A DNA stretch of 64,000 nucleotides, taken from assembly GCA_951406725.2 (NCBI GenBank), contig OX597814.1, positions 107,818,001-107,882,000 on the forward strand, given 5' to 3'. Below, one piece after another: positions 24,955-37,650 of this stretch. The notes under the pieces are model-generated. The model was not told the DNA's origin, did not search any database, and saw only the letters and a program-made list of their open reading frames with translations. This DNA is from Octopus vulgaris. Taxonomy: Eukaryota. Position 1 is the first letter of the stretch. The number at the start of each line of letters is the position of its first letter. The position numbers and the translations under genes are program-made.

Positions 24955-25270
24955 TAGGTGCAGGCGTGGCTTTGTGGTAAGAAGTTTGCTTTCCAAACTC
25001 ATGGTTCCTGGTTCAGTCCCACTGCGTGACACCTAGGACAAGTATGTCCTACTAAAGCCTCAGGCCGAACAAACCTTTCAGAGTGGATTTACTAACTGGA
25101 AAGTGAAAGAAGCTTGTCTTACATGTGTGTGTGTGCATGATTGTGTATGTATGTGTGTGTGCAGGTGTGTGTATGAGTGTGTGTGAGTGTGTGTGTGTGT
25201 GTGAGTTTGCCCCCACCGCATGACAACCAGTGTACTTGTGTTTATTACCCTGTAAATTAACAGTTTGGTA
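24955..25270 (+). mobile_element. SINE family A
   Basis: Pol III boxes and body. Confidence 0.8.
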
Positions 25271-25907
25271 AATACCTCTAAATCACACCCCTTAAAAAGG
25301 AGCACACACAATAGATAATGTACTCCTAGATACACAATGTCTGAAAAAAGAAAGACTGGATGGCCACAGTTGGGATATCTAACAAAAGGAAAAGACTGTT
25401 TGGAGAATGTTTTTGCATGAAAAGAAATTAACATTACCAAGCTGTAAGGTAACCCTAGGTAGACTATGCCATGACAAAAATTCAGAATTGTCACAGCTGG
25501 AAGATCTTTGACCATAGATTTCATGTGTCAGAGCTGACCTGGGCTAAACGACATCCAACACATGGTTGGGGGGGTGGGGCCACATTATAAGATGACCATC
25601 TGTGTCACCCTAATTCTGCATCCACCCTTATCTATGACATCCATCCCACCAAAGGCAGTCAGTTGGCCATCTACCCTTATCTATGGACATCTGTCCCCTG
25701 ACCCATGCCACACAGTCCATCCATTCAGCCCTTATCTTTCTCCCTGCTGACCTCTCACTCCAGTCCACCATTTACCCATCACCCTTGACCTTTGACCCCT
25801 CTCCCCTCACATCTCTTTTGCATTTACAAATATTTAACCTATTTCTTTCATTTCATCTTGTGATTCATTTCTCATTTCTTCCTCTTTCATTGTTTTCTCC
25901 TCTTACA

Positions 25908-25946
<39 letters not shown>

Positions 25947-26103
25947 ACTCTCTTCTGTTCTTTCTCTCTCTCTCTCTTCCTCCTTTTTCGTTCTGTCCAT
26001 CCTTCTCTCATTCTTTCCTTCTTTTCTTCATTCTTTATCTATCTGTCTGTGTATGTGTATATGTATGAATGTATGTATGTATCTCTCCATCCATTCATCC
26101 ACC

Positions 26104-26181
<78 letters not shown>

Positions 26182-26271
26182 TTATCTATCTGTCTGTCTG
26201 TCTATCAATCTACCTCCACTCCCTCTCCTATCTGTTTATCTACTGCCTTTCTCTCTCTCTCCTTCTATCTG

Positions 26272-26346
<75 letters not shown>

Positions 26347-26972
26347 GTCTATTCATCTACACCAGTCCAGTCTGTTTACATTTCACCTCCACCACAATCG
26401 CTTCTCCTCGAGGCCACCAATCTCTCTTTCAATGTCTCGAACACACAAACACAGTCACCTGCCACCGATGCACACCCTCACATAACAACATGCACATCTG
26501 ATTGCATCATACATCTGCTGCAACACACACTCGCTGCACACTTTACTCATCATACACTAATATGCACACCACTTCCCTCCACTCTCCTTGTGCCCCCTTC
26601 TTTCTTGCCCAAGCTCTTTCTCTTTCTCACTCTTTTTACCACCACCACCCTCACACACATGCCCACATACACATGCATATGCCAGCTTAGATGCATAAAC
26701 AAAAGCTATGCAATGTATATACACACACACATGTTCACGTAAACACATATAGATACAAGTGTTCACTGCATATACACACACATGTGTACATACAAACACA
26801 TATATACATACATATTTAATATGCACATCATATGTGCACATATATACATCTATCTAGAGCAGGTAAAATTCCCGAGATTCTTTTCAATGGCTGATAATAC
26901 TTTATCGGCTCCACTTGTGTATGGTAATTATTTAACCCACAAATGGGGCCCTAACAGGTACTACTACTCCAG

Positions 26973-27496
26973 GGAGCCATGAAATTTTTTTCCCACGACA
27001 GTTTTGGATCCCAGTTATGAACTCATTTACATACAGCCAATCAGAGCTCAGCTATCAAACTAATTCATGAGTGCATAACAAGTGACAGGTGATAAGGTAA
27101 GATCACTTGGGTAAGGAATGAGCATGTGTCTTTTCTCTTTTAAGAATTCTTGTTGTTCTTGTTCTTGTTTCAACCATGGCTGCCTCTGTGTTGCTGTTTA
27201 CTTTGTCAAACAGTAAGGGGAGAGGGTTGCCAGCACATCACCCTCTACCCACATCTTTACCATATGGGGCCCTAAAAAAATCTGATAATAGTATCAGTGC
27301 AAATCTATCTAATTACTTGTCTCCTTCTAAAATCAGGCATAACTTGGTGACTGGTCGACTTACAACACTGTTCTCCGTCTTGAGTTTACTTGGTTTTTAC
27401 TTGACAACCAGGTGAAAGTGAGCTCTGATTGGCTGTATGCAAATGAGTTCATTACTGGGCTCCGGGACTTTTGTGGGGAAAAAAAATTTAACCTCC
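26973..27496. mobile_element. Non-autonomous DNA element with ~75-bp TIRs
   Basis: aaatttttttcccac..tgaactcatttacatacagccaatcagagctca versus tgagctctgattggctgtatgcaaatgagttca..gtggggaaaaaaaattt. Confidence 0.75.
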
Positions 27497-27634
27497 GGGC
27501 CAGAGCAGACCTGAGAGTGATGACAACTAAGGGGTAACTCCACATTCCCCACAGTTCCTGACTCCTAAACTGGAGCCTTGCCACTGGATGCAGTTTCTTA
27601 TACCCAGGACGCATGCATGTATGTATATATGAAC

Positions 27635-27681
<47 letters not shown>

Positions 27682-27689
27682 CATACTAG

Positions 27690-28003
27690 CACTTGTGCTG
27701 GTGGCATGTGAAATATTCGAGCGAGGTTGTCGCCAGTACCGCTGGACTGGCTCCTGTGCAGGTAGCACATAAAAAGCACCATTTGGGTGTGGCCGTTGCC
27801 AGTACCACGAAACTGGCCCTCGTGCCAGTAGCACATAAAAGCACCCACTACACTCTCGGAATGGTTGGCGTTAGGAAGGGCATCTAGCTGTAGAAACTCT
27901 CCCAGATCAGATTGGAGTCTGGTTCGCCAGACCTCAGTCAAAATCGTCCAACCCATGCTAGCATGGAAAGCGGATGTTAAATGATGATGGTGATGATGAT
28001 GAT
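27690..28003 (+). mobile_element. RTE 3' UTR fragment
   Basis: ggttggcgttaggaagggcatc..ccatgctagcatggaaagc followed by (GAT)n. Confidence 0.85.
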
Positions 28004-28274
28004 GACACACACACACATATAATACATTTATATGTGATTGTATATATACATCAAGTCAGGAAGAATGAGAGGTGAGAGTATTTTATTTATTTGACCACAT
28101 GAAATCTTTAGGATTACAGCCGTTTTGCAACTTTCTTCATGTATAAATTTCAGAGTAGAAGAAATTGTGCATACATGTTTGCATTAATGTGTATGCACAG
28201 TATTATACAATACATAACTGTATATTCATAAATCAATGCAAATCCCTTAATGTTTTGTATATATATATATATAT

Positions 28275-28775
28275 CATCACCATCATCATCATCGTTTAAC
28301 GTCCACTTTCCATGCTAGCATGGGTTGGACGGTTCAACTGGGGTCTGGGAAGCCCGAGGGCTGCACCAGGCCAGTCAGATCTGGCAGTGTTTCTACAGCT
28401 GGATGCCCTTCCTAACGCCAACCACTCCGTGAGTGTAGTGGGTGCTTTTTATGTGCCACCGACACAGGTGCCAGACGAGGCTGGCGAACGGCCACCAGCA
28501 CGGAGGCCAGTCGATGCGGTACTGGCTACAGCTATGTTCAGATGGTTTTCTTATGTGCCACCGGCACTGGTACCACAAAACTACAAATTCCATTGACGTT
28601 CGTTGATCGATTTCGATTTTGATTTGATTTTCACTTGCCTCAACAGGTCTTCACAAGTAGAGTTATGTGTCCCAAGAAAGAAGGTATGCACAGGTGGACT
28701 GACTACGTTCCAGGTAGGGGCCATGGGTTATGGCCTCACTTGTCCTGCCGGGTCTTCTTGCGCACAGCATACTTC
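28275..28775 (-). mobile_element. RTE 3' UTR fragment
   Basis: Homologous to 17478-18020. Confidence 0.85.
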
Positions 28776-28834
28776 CAGAGTATATATATATATATACATA
28801 CACACACACACACATACATAATACATATATAGTT

Positions 28835-29680
28835 GGAACTGACAAAAAAAACAAAAGATGAAGACAGGTGTGTAAACAACAAACAGGTATATTAGTTTAA
28901 CACTTGGGAAGGTGAGAAAGCCTTTTACGTTTTGAGCCTATGCTCTTCAACAGAAAGGAACACAAGAAAAACAGAGGGAATAAAAAAAGCTTTAGTGGCT
29001 AGCAGTCAATTATGGCCATGGCCGGACAGAGGTGGTCAGACAGGAGAGCTAAGGAGAAGGGAAGATAATAAAGTAGAGCTGATCCCAAAACAAAGGTGCA
29101 TGTGTGTGTGTGTGTGAGAGCGTGTGTGTGGATGTAGATGGGGCTGGTGAACTTAATGTGTCGGTGTGTGCATGTGTAAGTGTGTGGATGATGGTGTGGG
29201 TGCTGGGAAGTGGTCAGTGCTAGTGTGTATGGGGTAATGTGGTGTGGTAACGTTGGGATGTAGGGGTGGGGGATGGAAGGGTGGAGTGTAGGGTATGTGG
29301 GATATGTGGGACTGGGATGTATAGGGATGGTGGAGTTGAGATGTGTAGGGTTAGGGTTAGGGTTAGCAATGGAGGGGACCATGAAGGAAGATGGTCGATG
29401 GGAGAAGGTGGGTAGGTGTGAAGAGAGGAAGTAGATGTCAGAGCAAGAGAGAAGAGGAGAGGTGGGAGTAAAGAGAGGAGAGAGGAGGGGAGTTAGATGA
29501 AGGGGGTTGGAGAGTTGAACCCATGTGGTGCAAAGGAGCGAAGAGAGAAGATTACTTCCTGTTCATGGTGAAGAAGGGAGTCCGGATGGCCCCTGTGCAA
29601 GGACAATCCAAACATAAACAGGTGCTGTAAAGAACAACAGGTAGAGCAGAAATGGCATAAGACCAAGGTTTCATTGCAAA
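28835..29680 (-). mobile_element. Penelope-like element relic (GIY-YIG C-terminus plus pLTR)
   Basis: HF...EQEVIFSLRSFAPHGFN matches the E-x-x-x-I-x-x-L-x-T-x-x-P-x-G-L-N end of PLE endonucleases; hammerhead-like motif at 28922-28957. Confidence 0.7.
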
Positions 29681-30135
29681 GGTCTATATACACACACACA
29701 CACACATAGATAGATTGATAGATATACACATACATATACAATATCGGAAGTATAGACTACTGAATAAAGTAGAGTTTATAAACACACACACACATTTGCA
29801 CAAATCGAAGACAAAAGAACCATGTCAGATTTGTTGTTGACTGTTTGATGTTTTGGAAGAAAAACTTGAAAGAACGTGCATGCATGTGCTTGTACACACA
29901 CACACAGAGGAATATGAAAGTACAGCTCAATTTCCATTATATGCGTTTTCATAGAGTAACCATTTATCCAATAATACATAATATTACATAACATTACATT
30001 CTTATTTGTTAACCACACCGATTCATCAGATGATATCAAACATCTTACAAGTAAAATCAGTTTGTGAATATATTTACATCTCCACTACCTCACACACCCG
30101 CACGTGCACACCCAACTTCGTGCGTAGGCAGAGAC

Positions 30136-30695
30136 TATACGATGGGTGTTTGAAAACCATTAATTATCAGTAAATTGCTCTCTTCAAACCAATTAAAAGG
30201 TTTTTATTTGTTTCAAATCCACCGGAGCAGAGAAAATGCTAACACTAAAAATCAAAAGACATGAAGACATAAAATGCTAACACTAGAAAATCAAAAGACC
30301 TGTACAGAATACAGAAATTTAGAGATTGCCAACTTTCTGAATGTTGCAAATTCTTTATCGGCAAAGTTTGGATGAGATTGGAAGCTTCAGGCAAGGAGTT
30401 TCAACTGTATCGGCGAGGAGTTTCAACTGTATCAAAGAAAAAGATTCTAAAGGTTCAGACACTATAAGGATACCACAATTTATCCAACAGCTTCAAAATA
30501 TTTTCGGTGATGATCTCTGAAAATCAATGAGAACCATCGCTAAAGAACTTCAGATTTCAGAGACAACTATCAGAAGTGTGATGAACAAGGACATTCTAAT
30601 ACAAGTCGTATGTACTGAGCAGGGGCCAATAAACCTCTACTAATACACAGGAAAACCGTTTGATCCCTGCAAAGCGGTTCCTTAACAAGGTTTAA
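30136..30695 (+). pseudogene. Decayed Tc1/mariner (maT/DD37D-like) transposase N-terminus
   Basis: EIANFLNVA...SDTIRIPQFIQQLQ...KSMRTIAKELQISETTIRSVM (HTH)...ENRLIPAKRFLNK, with stops and frameshifts. Confidence 0.7.
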
Positions 30696-31356
30696 AACTC
30701 TTACATACATTTCATTAGCATAAGGTGATTATTATTAGTCATATAATGTATATTACATAACCAAGACCTATTGTCAAATCATCAGACATGTGACTTTAAT
30801 TTATAAATGATTGAATTTGTTGCATAACATTAATGGCATCAATCTGACCAGTCCCTTGCCAGAGTCATGTAATGGCCACTCTGCAGCAATGTCCAGATGC
30901 AATATCGAGAGTATAAAAAAGAATAAAGCTGTGGAATTGAGTGTGGGGAAATGTGATAATGATGATGATCATGATGATGAGAATAATGAAAAGCTATGTA
31001 TTTAGTATTTAAGATGAAGAAAAAAGGTATATTTCCTTTTAACCAACTTGAAACAAAAAAGGTTTCCTATTTAAAAGGCTGTTTAGAATTGGTTTTATTG
31101 AGATGGTGTTGTTTAAGACCATCTGCAATTCCAGGAAGGTTTTGAATTCTCACGAGAATCTTCCATAAAACTTTATTTTTTGATTCACACTTATTGCGGC
31201 GCTCCTTCAGTTTTTCTAAGCTCTGTAAAAGTACTCGGAAGGTTGGGCCTCCAGCCAGGGTGGAATCTGTGACCAGTCTTAAGTATCAGATTTAAGACCA
31301 CTTGGTGTATTGACATTTATTAACTGGAAAAAGATACTCGCGCTGGATGGGTCAAT

Positions 31357-31520
31357 GGTTAACACTCAGTGAACAAGTGAAAAACAGTGAACATTGCGAA
31401 TGGTTGACAATTGCTGAATAAGTGAACAGTGAGTAACCCTGAACACTGACTGGTTAACAATCAGCAAATAAATGTAGAACAATGAACAATGTGGATGGTT
31501 AACAATCAGCGAACGAGTGG
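31357..31520. repeat. Degenerate 45-50-bp tandem repeat (tggttaacaatcagc...gaaca)
   Basis: Four unit starts at about 31357, 31401, 31451 and 31496. Confidence 0.65.
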
Positions 31521-31919
31521 TGTAAGTTGAATATATTCAATATAATATGATCTAGTTTCCTGTGTTTGGCAATAATATTAACGGAGATGTCTATTTTGGT
31601 GAGAACCATTTTTAGAAAATGAACCAAATATTTTCAAGACAAAGAGACAAACAGATCAATAATATCCCAATTTAGAAGATTAACTTTAGATCGTCTCAGA
31701 CTGAATTTTTCAACAAAGGAATTACATAATTGTCAGGTGAAACAATTAGAATCTTCAGGTAAAGAAAAATAAAGAAAAAAGAAGAAAGGTCTCAAATATC
31801 GTCTGATTGGCAAAATGTCAGTATGAGAACAACAACAACAACAATTTCATTGTTATGGAGCATTAAAGATAAAGTCTCGTTGGTCTTGGAGAGAATTATA
31901 CAAGTCTAAGTTAGTCTAC

Positions 31920-32320
31920 TTCACCATCCCCCTCCTCCTTCTCCTCATTATCATTCTCTTTCACATTAGCACAATCATAAACACCATCTTCATCATTATC
32001 ATCAACACCACCATCACCTTCATCATCATTAGCAGCACTACTACCACCACCACTACCACTACCGCCACCACCACCACTATCATGATCGTCATCATCATCA
32101 CCACCATCACCATCATCATTAGCAGCAGTAGCAGTAGCAGCACTACCACCACCACTACTATCATGATCGTCATCATCATCACCACCACCACCATCGTTGT
32201 TGTTGTTATGATCGTTATCATCGTCATTGTCGTTATCCACCATCATAATCATCATCATTCTTATCCTCGTCCTCATCCTTATCATTGGCATCATCGCTGT
32301 CGTGATCACCATCATTGTCA
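31920..32320. repeat. Compound trinucleotide microsatellite (CAT/CAC/CAG)
   Basis: Direct inspection; explains ORFs in 31911-32369. Confidence 0.9.
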
Positions 32321-32361
32321 GACCATTTTCATTACAGAAACCACCATTGATTCTTCTTTTC

Positions 32362-32602
32362 TACTGTAGGCACAAGGCCCGAAATTTTGGGGGAGGAGGC
32401 CAGTCAATTAGATCGACCCCAGTACACAACTGGTACTTAATTTATCGACCCCAGTACACAACTGGTACTTAATTTATCGACCCCAAAAGGATGAAAGGCA
32501 AAGTTGACCTTGGCGGAATTTGAACTCAGAATATAAAAACAGACGAAATATTGCTAAGCATTTCATCCGGTGTGCTAACGATTCTGCCAGCTCACCGCCT
32601 TG
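32362..32602 (-). mobile_element. SINE family B with an internal 32-bp tandem duplication
   Basis: tcgaccccagtacacaactggtacttaattta occurs twice. Confidence 0.85.
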
Positions 32603-32780
32603 AGGCCACCATCAGTTATTATTATAATCCTCTTCTTGCCATTGTTGTTGTTGTTGCTTAGTGCCAGGTCAGTCCTGATCCAGTAGACCAAAAGTCAAAT
32701 GAAATCTACCCATGATGATCTTTCATTCTTCAAAGATAATCCCACCCCAGATATTTCGTATCCAGGACTCCAAAACCCAA

Positions 32781-33000
32781 TCATCATCATCATCATCGTT
32801 TAACGTCCACTTTCCATGCTAGCATGGGTTGGACGGTTCAAAAAGAGTCTGGGAAGCCAGGAGGCTGCACCAGGCTCCAATCTGATCTGGCAGTGTTTCT
32901 ACAGCTGGATGCCCTTCCTAATCCCAACCACTGCGTGAGTGTAGTAGGTGCTTTTTACGTGCCAGGTGAGGCTGGCAACACCCACGTACGGTTGGTGTGA
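32781..33000 (-). mobile_element. RTE 3' end fragment
   Basis: catcgtttaacgtccactttccatgctagcatggg. Confidence 0.8.
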
Positions 33001-33283
33001 TCCCAATGTGTCTTAATATTCAAAACAACAGGATGTAATTTGAGGAAAATTTCACTTCAAAGCTGTTTTCGTTGAAGCCAACTTTGATGTTCATCTCACT
33101 CCAGAGTCGATAAAATGAAGTATCAGACAAGTAGTGGGGTCGATACAATCAAATTACCACCTCACCCCACCCATCCCCCAAATACCTGTCCTTGTGCCAA
33201 TTTTAGAACCAATTATTATCATTTCCATTTCGATTCTCAGAGCTCTTGATTTCACTTGCTCTGGTTAATTCTGTAAGAGCAGA

Positions 33284-33630
33284 CATCATCATCATTGTTC
33301 GGGTGTGGTCGAGACAATGGAATTTATTATGTTACACCAGACTTCACAGTCCATCATAGCATTACGGAGGTCTTGTTGTTGGATGCCTGTATCCCTGGAG
33401 ATTACATCAGGGTAGGAGAGTGCACGCCCTCTGGTATCGTGAGCAGATGGCTTCCAGAGGAGAAGAGTAGAAATGACCTCGTTTTCAGTTCTACAACAAT
33501 GTCCAGCAAACTGGACTCTTCTACCTTTCAAACTGGACTCTTCTACCTTGGATGACGCTTCTACAAGAGATTTTGAGCTCTCATAAGAAGGCGAGTGTAA
33601 GTTCCATCCAACAGCCTCTCAAGCTTCTTT
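33284..33630 (-). mobile_element. RTE/RTEX-type LINE 3' fragment
   Basis: RRVQFAGHCCR..LLLWKP..DLRNAMMD.EVW plus short (GAT)n tail. Confidence 0.8.
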
Positions 33631-33639
33631 GATAACAAC

Positions 33640-34235
33640 CTGTTGTCAAACACCTCATGGGGTCTCTTTCAACAAAATTTAATACCTAAGCTCTAACCTC
33701 AAAATCACCCATGTCCCTAATAGAATACTTTTCTGTTCTACTCTCATCTCAAGCACAATTTATTTCTCTAGCAAATTTCTCAAACCTGGTTCTTAATGCT
33801 CCCAGTTTCCTTACAACTATCCGGATGACAGTTTCTTTCTCAACTGCCCACATCCATGCAATCTCATCTTTTGGTGGTTTGTACTTTTCAAGTTTTTCCT
33901 CCTCTTTGTCCCCCACTCGTGTGTTCCAAGGTATGGTAATATATGTGGAAGGCGGCGAGCTGGCAGAAACATTAGCATACCGGGCAAAATGCTTAGCGGT
34001 ATTTCGTCTGTCTTTACGTTCTGAGTTCAAATTCCGCTGAGGTCGACTTTATCTTTCATCTTTTCGGGGTCGATAAATTAAGTACCAATTGTGTACTGGG
34101 GTCAATCTAATTGACTGGCCCCCTCCCCCAAAAATTTCGGGCCTTGTGCCTGGAGTAGAAAAGAATATATGTGATCTTGATTTTCTTCATCATTTTATCC
34201 ACTGCAACGATGTCTGGTCTCCGAGCACCAATTAC
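33640..34235 (-). mobile_element. R4/Dong-type restriction-like endonuclease domain split by a SINE
   Basis: ARRPDIVAVDK (about 34195-34228) and PWNTRVGDKEEEKLEKY..EIAWMW..IVVRKLGAL (33750-33935). Confidence 0.75.
33950..34165 (+). mobile_element. SINE family B, full length
   Basis: aggcggcgagctggcagaaac head and Meta-like domain. Confidence 0.9.
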
Positions 34236-34477
34236 TGAATCTCACAGGATTGTAAAATCCTAAAAGATGCTATACTCATTATTCTCGGTGATGCCATTTC
34301 GCTTATGGTCGTACTATTTCGGTTTTCTTTCAAGGCCGTACTTCTCACACAATCACCAGTGTAAAAACTTAGCCAGCTGCTCTTGCACTGTTTGTTTATT
34401 TTGTCCTTGATAATCATGTCTGGTCTTCTTGGCATTGTCATCATCAGTAATGTGAGCGATTGAATCAAATCGTTTGT

Positions 34478-34862
34478 ATAGGCGTAGGCTTGGCTGTGTG
34501 GTAAGAAGTTTGCTTCCCAACCATATGGTTCCGGGTTCAGTCCCATGCCAAGTATCTCTTACTATAGCCTCAGGCCGACCAAAGCCACCCTGTGAGTGAA
34601 TTTGTTAGAGGAAAACTGAAAGAAGCCCGTCATATTTGTGTGCGTACGTGTATGAGCGTGCGTGTGACTTTGTGTCAGTGTTTCTCCACCACCACCACCA
34701 CCACTTGACAGCAGGTGTCACTGTGTTCCCTGTTCAGTAAAAGGCACTGATGGAATAAGAGCCAGGCGTTAAAGACCTTCTATCGTATATTTGTTCGACT
34801 AAAACCCTTTAAGGCGGTGCCCCAGCATGGCCGCAGTCGGATGACCGAAACAAGATAAAGAA
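34478..34862 (+). mobile_element. SINE family A
   Basis: Pol III boxes and body, followed by (GAA)n. Confidence 0.85.
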
Positions 34863-36540
34863 AAACCGGAAGAAGAAGAAAAAGAAGAAGAAGAAGAAGA
34901 AGAAGAAGAAGAAGAAGAAGAAGAAGGAGGAGGAGGAGAAGAAGAAGAAGAAGAAGAAGAAGAAGAAGAAAAAGAAGAAGAAGAATCCCTTAATTAACTT
35001 GATTAACCTTTAATGAATGGTGACGTTAATCGCCAATATTTTCTATGTCTTTCCACTCGAAGCGTTTATTGATATTGTAAATGATATTCAGCGATAGCAA
35101 AGACCTATGTTATTGACATTGTAAACATTCGATATAACGAAACTATTTAATCCATTGATTAAGGAGACACAAATGAATCGCTTAACACACGTCTAGCATT
35201 TCATTGGATCACGGCTCAAAGAATGAAGAGAGATAACAGCGCTCCTGTTTTGTTGACTTTCTCTCTCTTCCCTTTCAACCGAATCTTCTTTTCTCTTTTC
35301 ATTTTGTCGTACAAACTGAATAATTTATTTGAATTGGAGGGAAAATTTGTCAATACCGATTTCCCTTCAACGTCCTTTTGTCACCGACAGGAAGTCGAAG
35401 AAGCTTCCATTTTTATTTATCCTCAAAGCTTCTAGTTTAGGTGTTACGTATATTATTTATTCTACATATATTTATATTTATATATTTATCACAAACATCC
35501 ATTTATTCAGCTAACATCTTGTTGACAAGTTTTCATTCGATGCAAATCTCTTTTACATATATTTCACAACATTTCAAATCCGCTGAGTATTTTTGTAATA
35601 TACAACGTGCCTTTGCTTTTTTTTCACCTATACAATCCCAATATCACGCTTTCTGTCGCCTGTTGTTTCTTTTATTCCCTCATTTCTACAATATATTTAT
35701 ATTTTCAATGGTGACACATGATGTTTTCTGTTTATACAAACAAATTTGCACAATATAAGATGAAGTTGATTTATCGATTATTTTTTTACTTCCTTTTGTC
35801 AAACCTGTTGCATAGTTCCCGTGATATACTTGATGGATGACTCGAGGGTGGCAGACGATAAACGTCACTTGTTATAATGTGCTACGTAACAATTCTTAAG
35901 ATTTTATTTTAAATAAACTTGGTAAAATATTTCTGAAAGGGACACATCGTGTTTAATTCAAAGGCAGGAAACGTCTTACATTGGTCGAGAGTAAATATCT
36001 TCCTCTTTAAACCTCGCAGAAATTTGGTTTCTTTGCAAAATCAGTTTTCTTTTTAATTAAATTAAGTAAATTCTTTTATTCCAGACAAGGAGAACCAGAT
36101 ATTATCATGATCTCCTTGCGATTACACATAGCACCTAATTTTCTCTTCAAAGTCACAAGTCTGTAAAAGTTCAATGATGCGATTCAGACCGTCTCTTCGC
36201 CTGAAATGTCATTGTCCACCTCTATAAGGGTTAAACACCTAAAATTGTGTGCTATTTCCCTCTTTGTCATTTATCTATTATCTTTTACTTGTTTCAGTCA
36301 TTTGACTGCGGCCATGCTGGAGCACTGCCTTGAAGAACTTTTAGTCGACTGAATCGACTCCCGTGCTTATTTTTTTTAAAAAACCTGGTACTTATTCTAT
36401 CGGGTTTCTTTTGCCGAACCGCTAAATTACGAGGACATAAACATACCAAGACAGACACACATATATATATATATAATTAAAATTCAGAAAATGGAGATGT
36501 AGCATTAATATAATTTCTTAACTGCAATAATTCAACGTAT

Positions 36541-36623
36541 TTTCTTACAGCTGTTTCGATTTCGCACAAAGGTTAAATTCCAGTAATCAAATCATTGTAT
36601 TAGGCAAAATCTCATCAGAGGAG
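36541..36623 (-). ncRNA. Type I hammerhead ribozyme motif (Penelope type)
   Basis: CUGAUGA-GAUUUUGC...GCGAAAUC-GAAA-CAGCUG-UA: complete core, 8-bp stem II, palindromic stem III, GUA site. Confidence 0.65.
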
Positions 36624-36680
36624 TAGAATAACACATGCCATTAGGTTATCAGATGTTATGTTTCCAGATTATCTCAACAG

Positions 36681-36765
<85 letters not shown>

Positions 36766-36768
36766 TCC

Positions 36769-36802
<34 letters not shown>

Positions 36803-36804
36803 CC

Positions 36805-36972
36805 GTATCAAGACAATTACTACCCGCCCCAGGAACATCCCCCCCCCCCAGGACAATTTCCCCGACGATAACTAACCCCAGGACAATTCCCCCTTGGTTA
36901 ATTACCCCCTCTCTAATATACTAAGAAGTTTTAAATCATCATCTGTTGTCCTGGGGAGGATGTCCTAGACTC
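36805..36972. mobile_element. Small non-autonomous DNA element with ggacaatt-cccc subterminal repeats
   Basis: Repeated caggacaatt..ccc on the left, inverted gttgtcctgggg on the right. Confidence 0.55.
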
Positions 36973-37378
36973 ATATATACAACAGGCTTCTTTCAGCTTC
37001 CGTCTACTAAATCCACTCACGAGTTTTTTCTCGGCTCGAGGCTACAGTAGAAGATACTTGACGAAGATGCTACGCAGTGAGACTGAACGCAGAACCATGT
37101 AGTTGGGCAGCAACCTTCTTACCACACAGCCACGCCTGTGCCTCATGTTTACCATTTCTCTGCAACCAAAGCAGCTTCCAATTCTTTACTCTTGGTAGCT
37201 ATAAACATTAAGATAAACTATTCAGTCTGCTAGACATACAGAACATCTCTCATCCCTCACTCCAATGATAATGTCATTCAAAATTTCCCCTTTTTCTCTT
37301 GAGAGTTGCGTCAGGGAAGATGTTGAGATTCCACAATCGTCAGAGATCAACTAAACATTGTGTAAAACCTCATTTATT

Positions 37379-37650
37379 TGTTTGTCCCCACATAAAAGTA
37401 AATGTTGTGTTAAAGTACAAAATACTGCGTTATTTACCATGGGAAAACCTCTTATATGGACTTGTGGCGCATATAGGCACTCACATTTATATCACGAGTG
37501 GAAGATTAGTGTCTGCTACCACCCTCCCACTAGCGATATAAACACGAGTGCTTAAATGTATCACAAATCCGCATGAGAGGTTCTCTCTAGGGTAATAACG
37601 CCGTATTCTCTGTTCTAACATAACATCCACTTTTAAGTGAGAGATAAATA
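37379..37650. repeat. Old ~270-bp palindrome (hairpin MITE relic)
   Basis: Arms align as reverse complements, mostly with transition differences; centre at about 37515. Confidence 0.8.

Larger units (their letters stand above)
36278..37143 (-). mobile_element. SINE family A interrupted by a PLE fragment and a small DNA element
   Basis: 3' half at 36278-36455, 5' half at 36980-37143. Confidence 0.75.

Noticed and set aside
29346-29367. (TTAGGG)3 telomeric repeat
   Set aside because: Too short and embedded in the low-complexity UTR of a PLE relic; not a telomere
31067-31285. ~70-codon stop-free minus frame (LVTDSTLAGGPTFRVLLQSLEKLKERR...)
   Set aside because: No start or usable splice sites and no recognisable homology
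35003-36234. AT-rich block bounded by ttaacc...gggttaa (piggyBac-like ends)
   Set aside because: TIR match beyond 6-7 nt is poor and no transposase motif could be read
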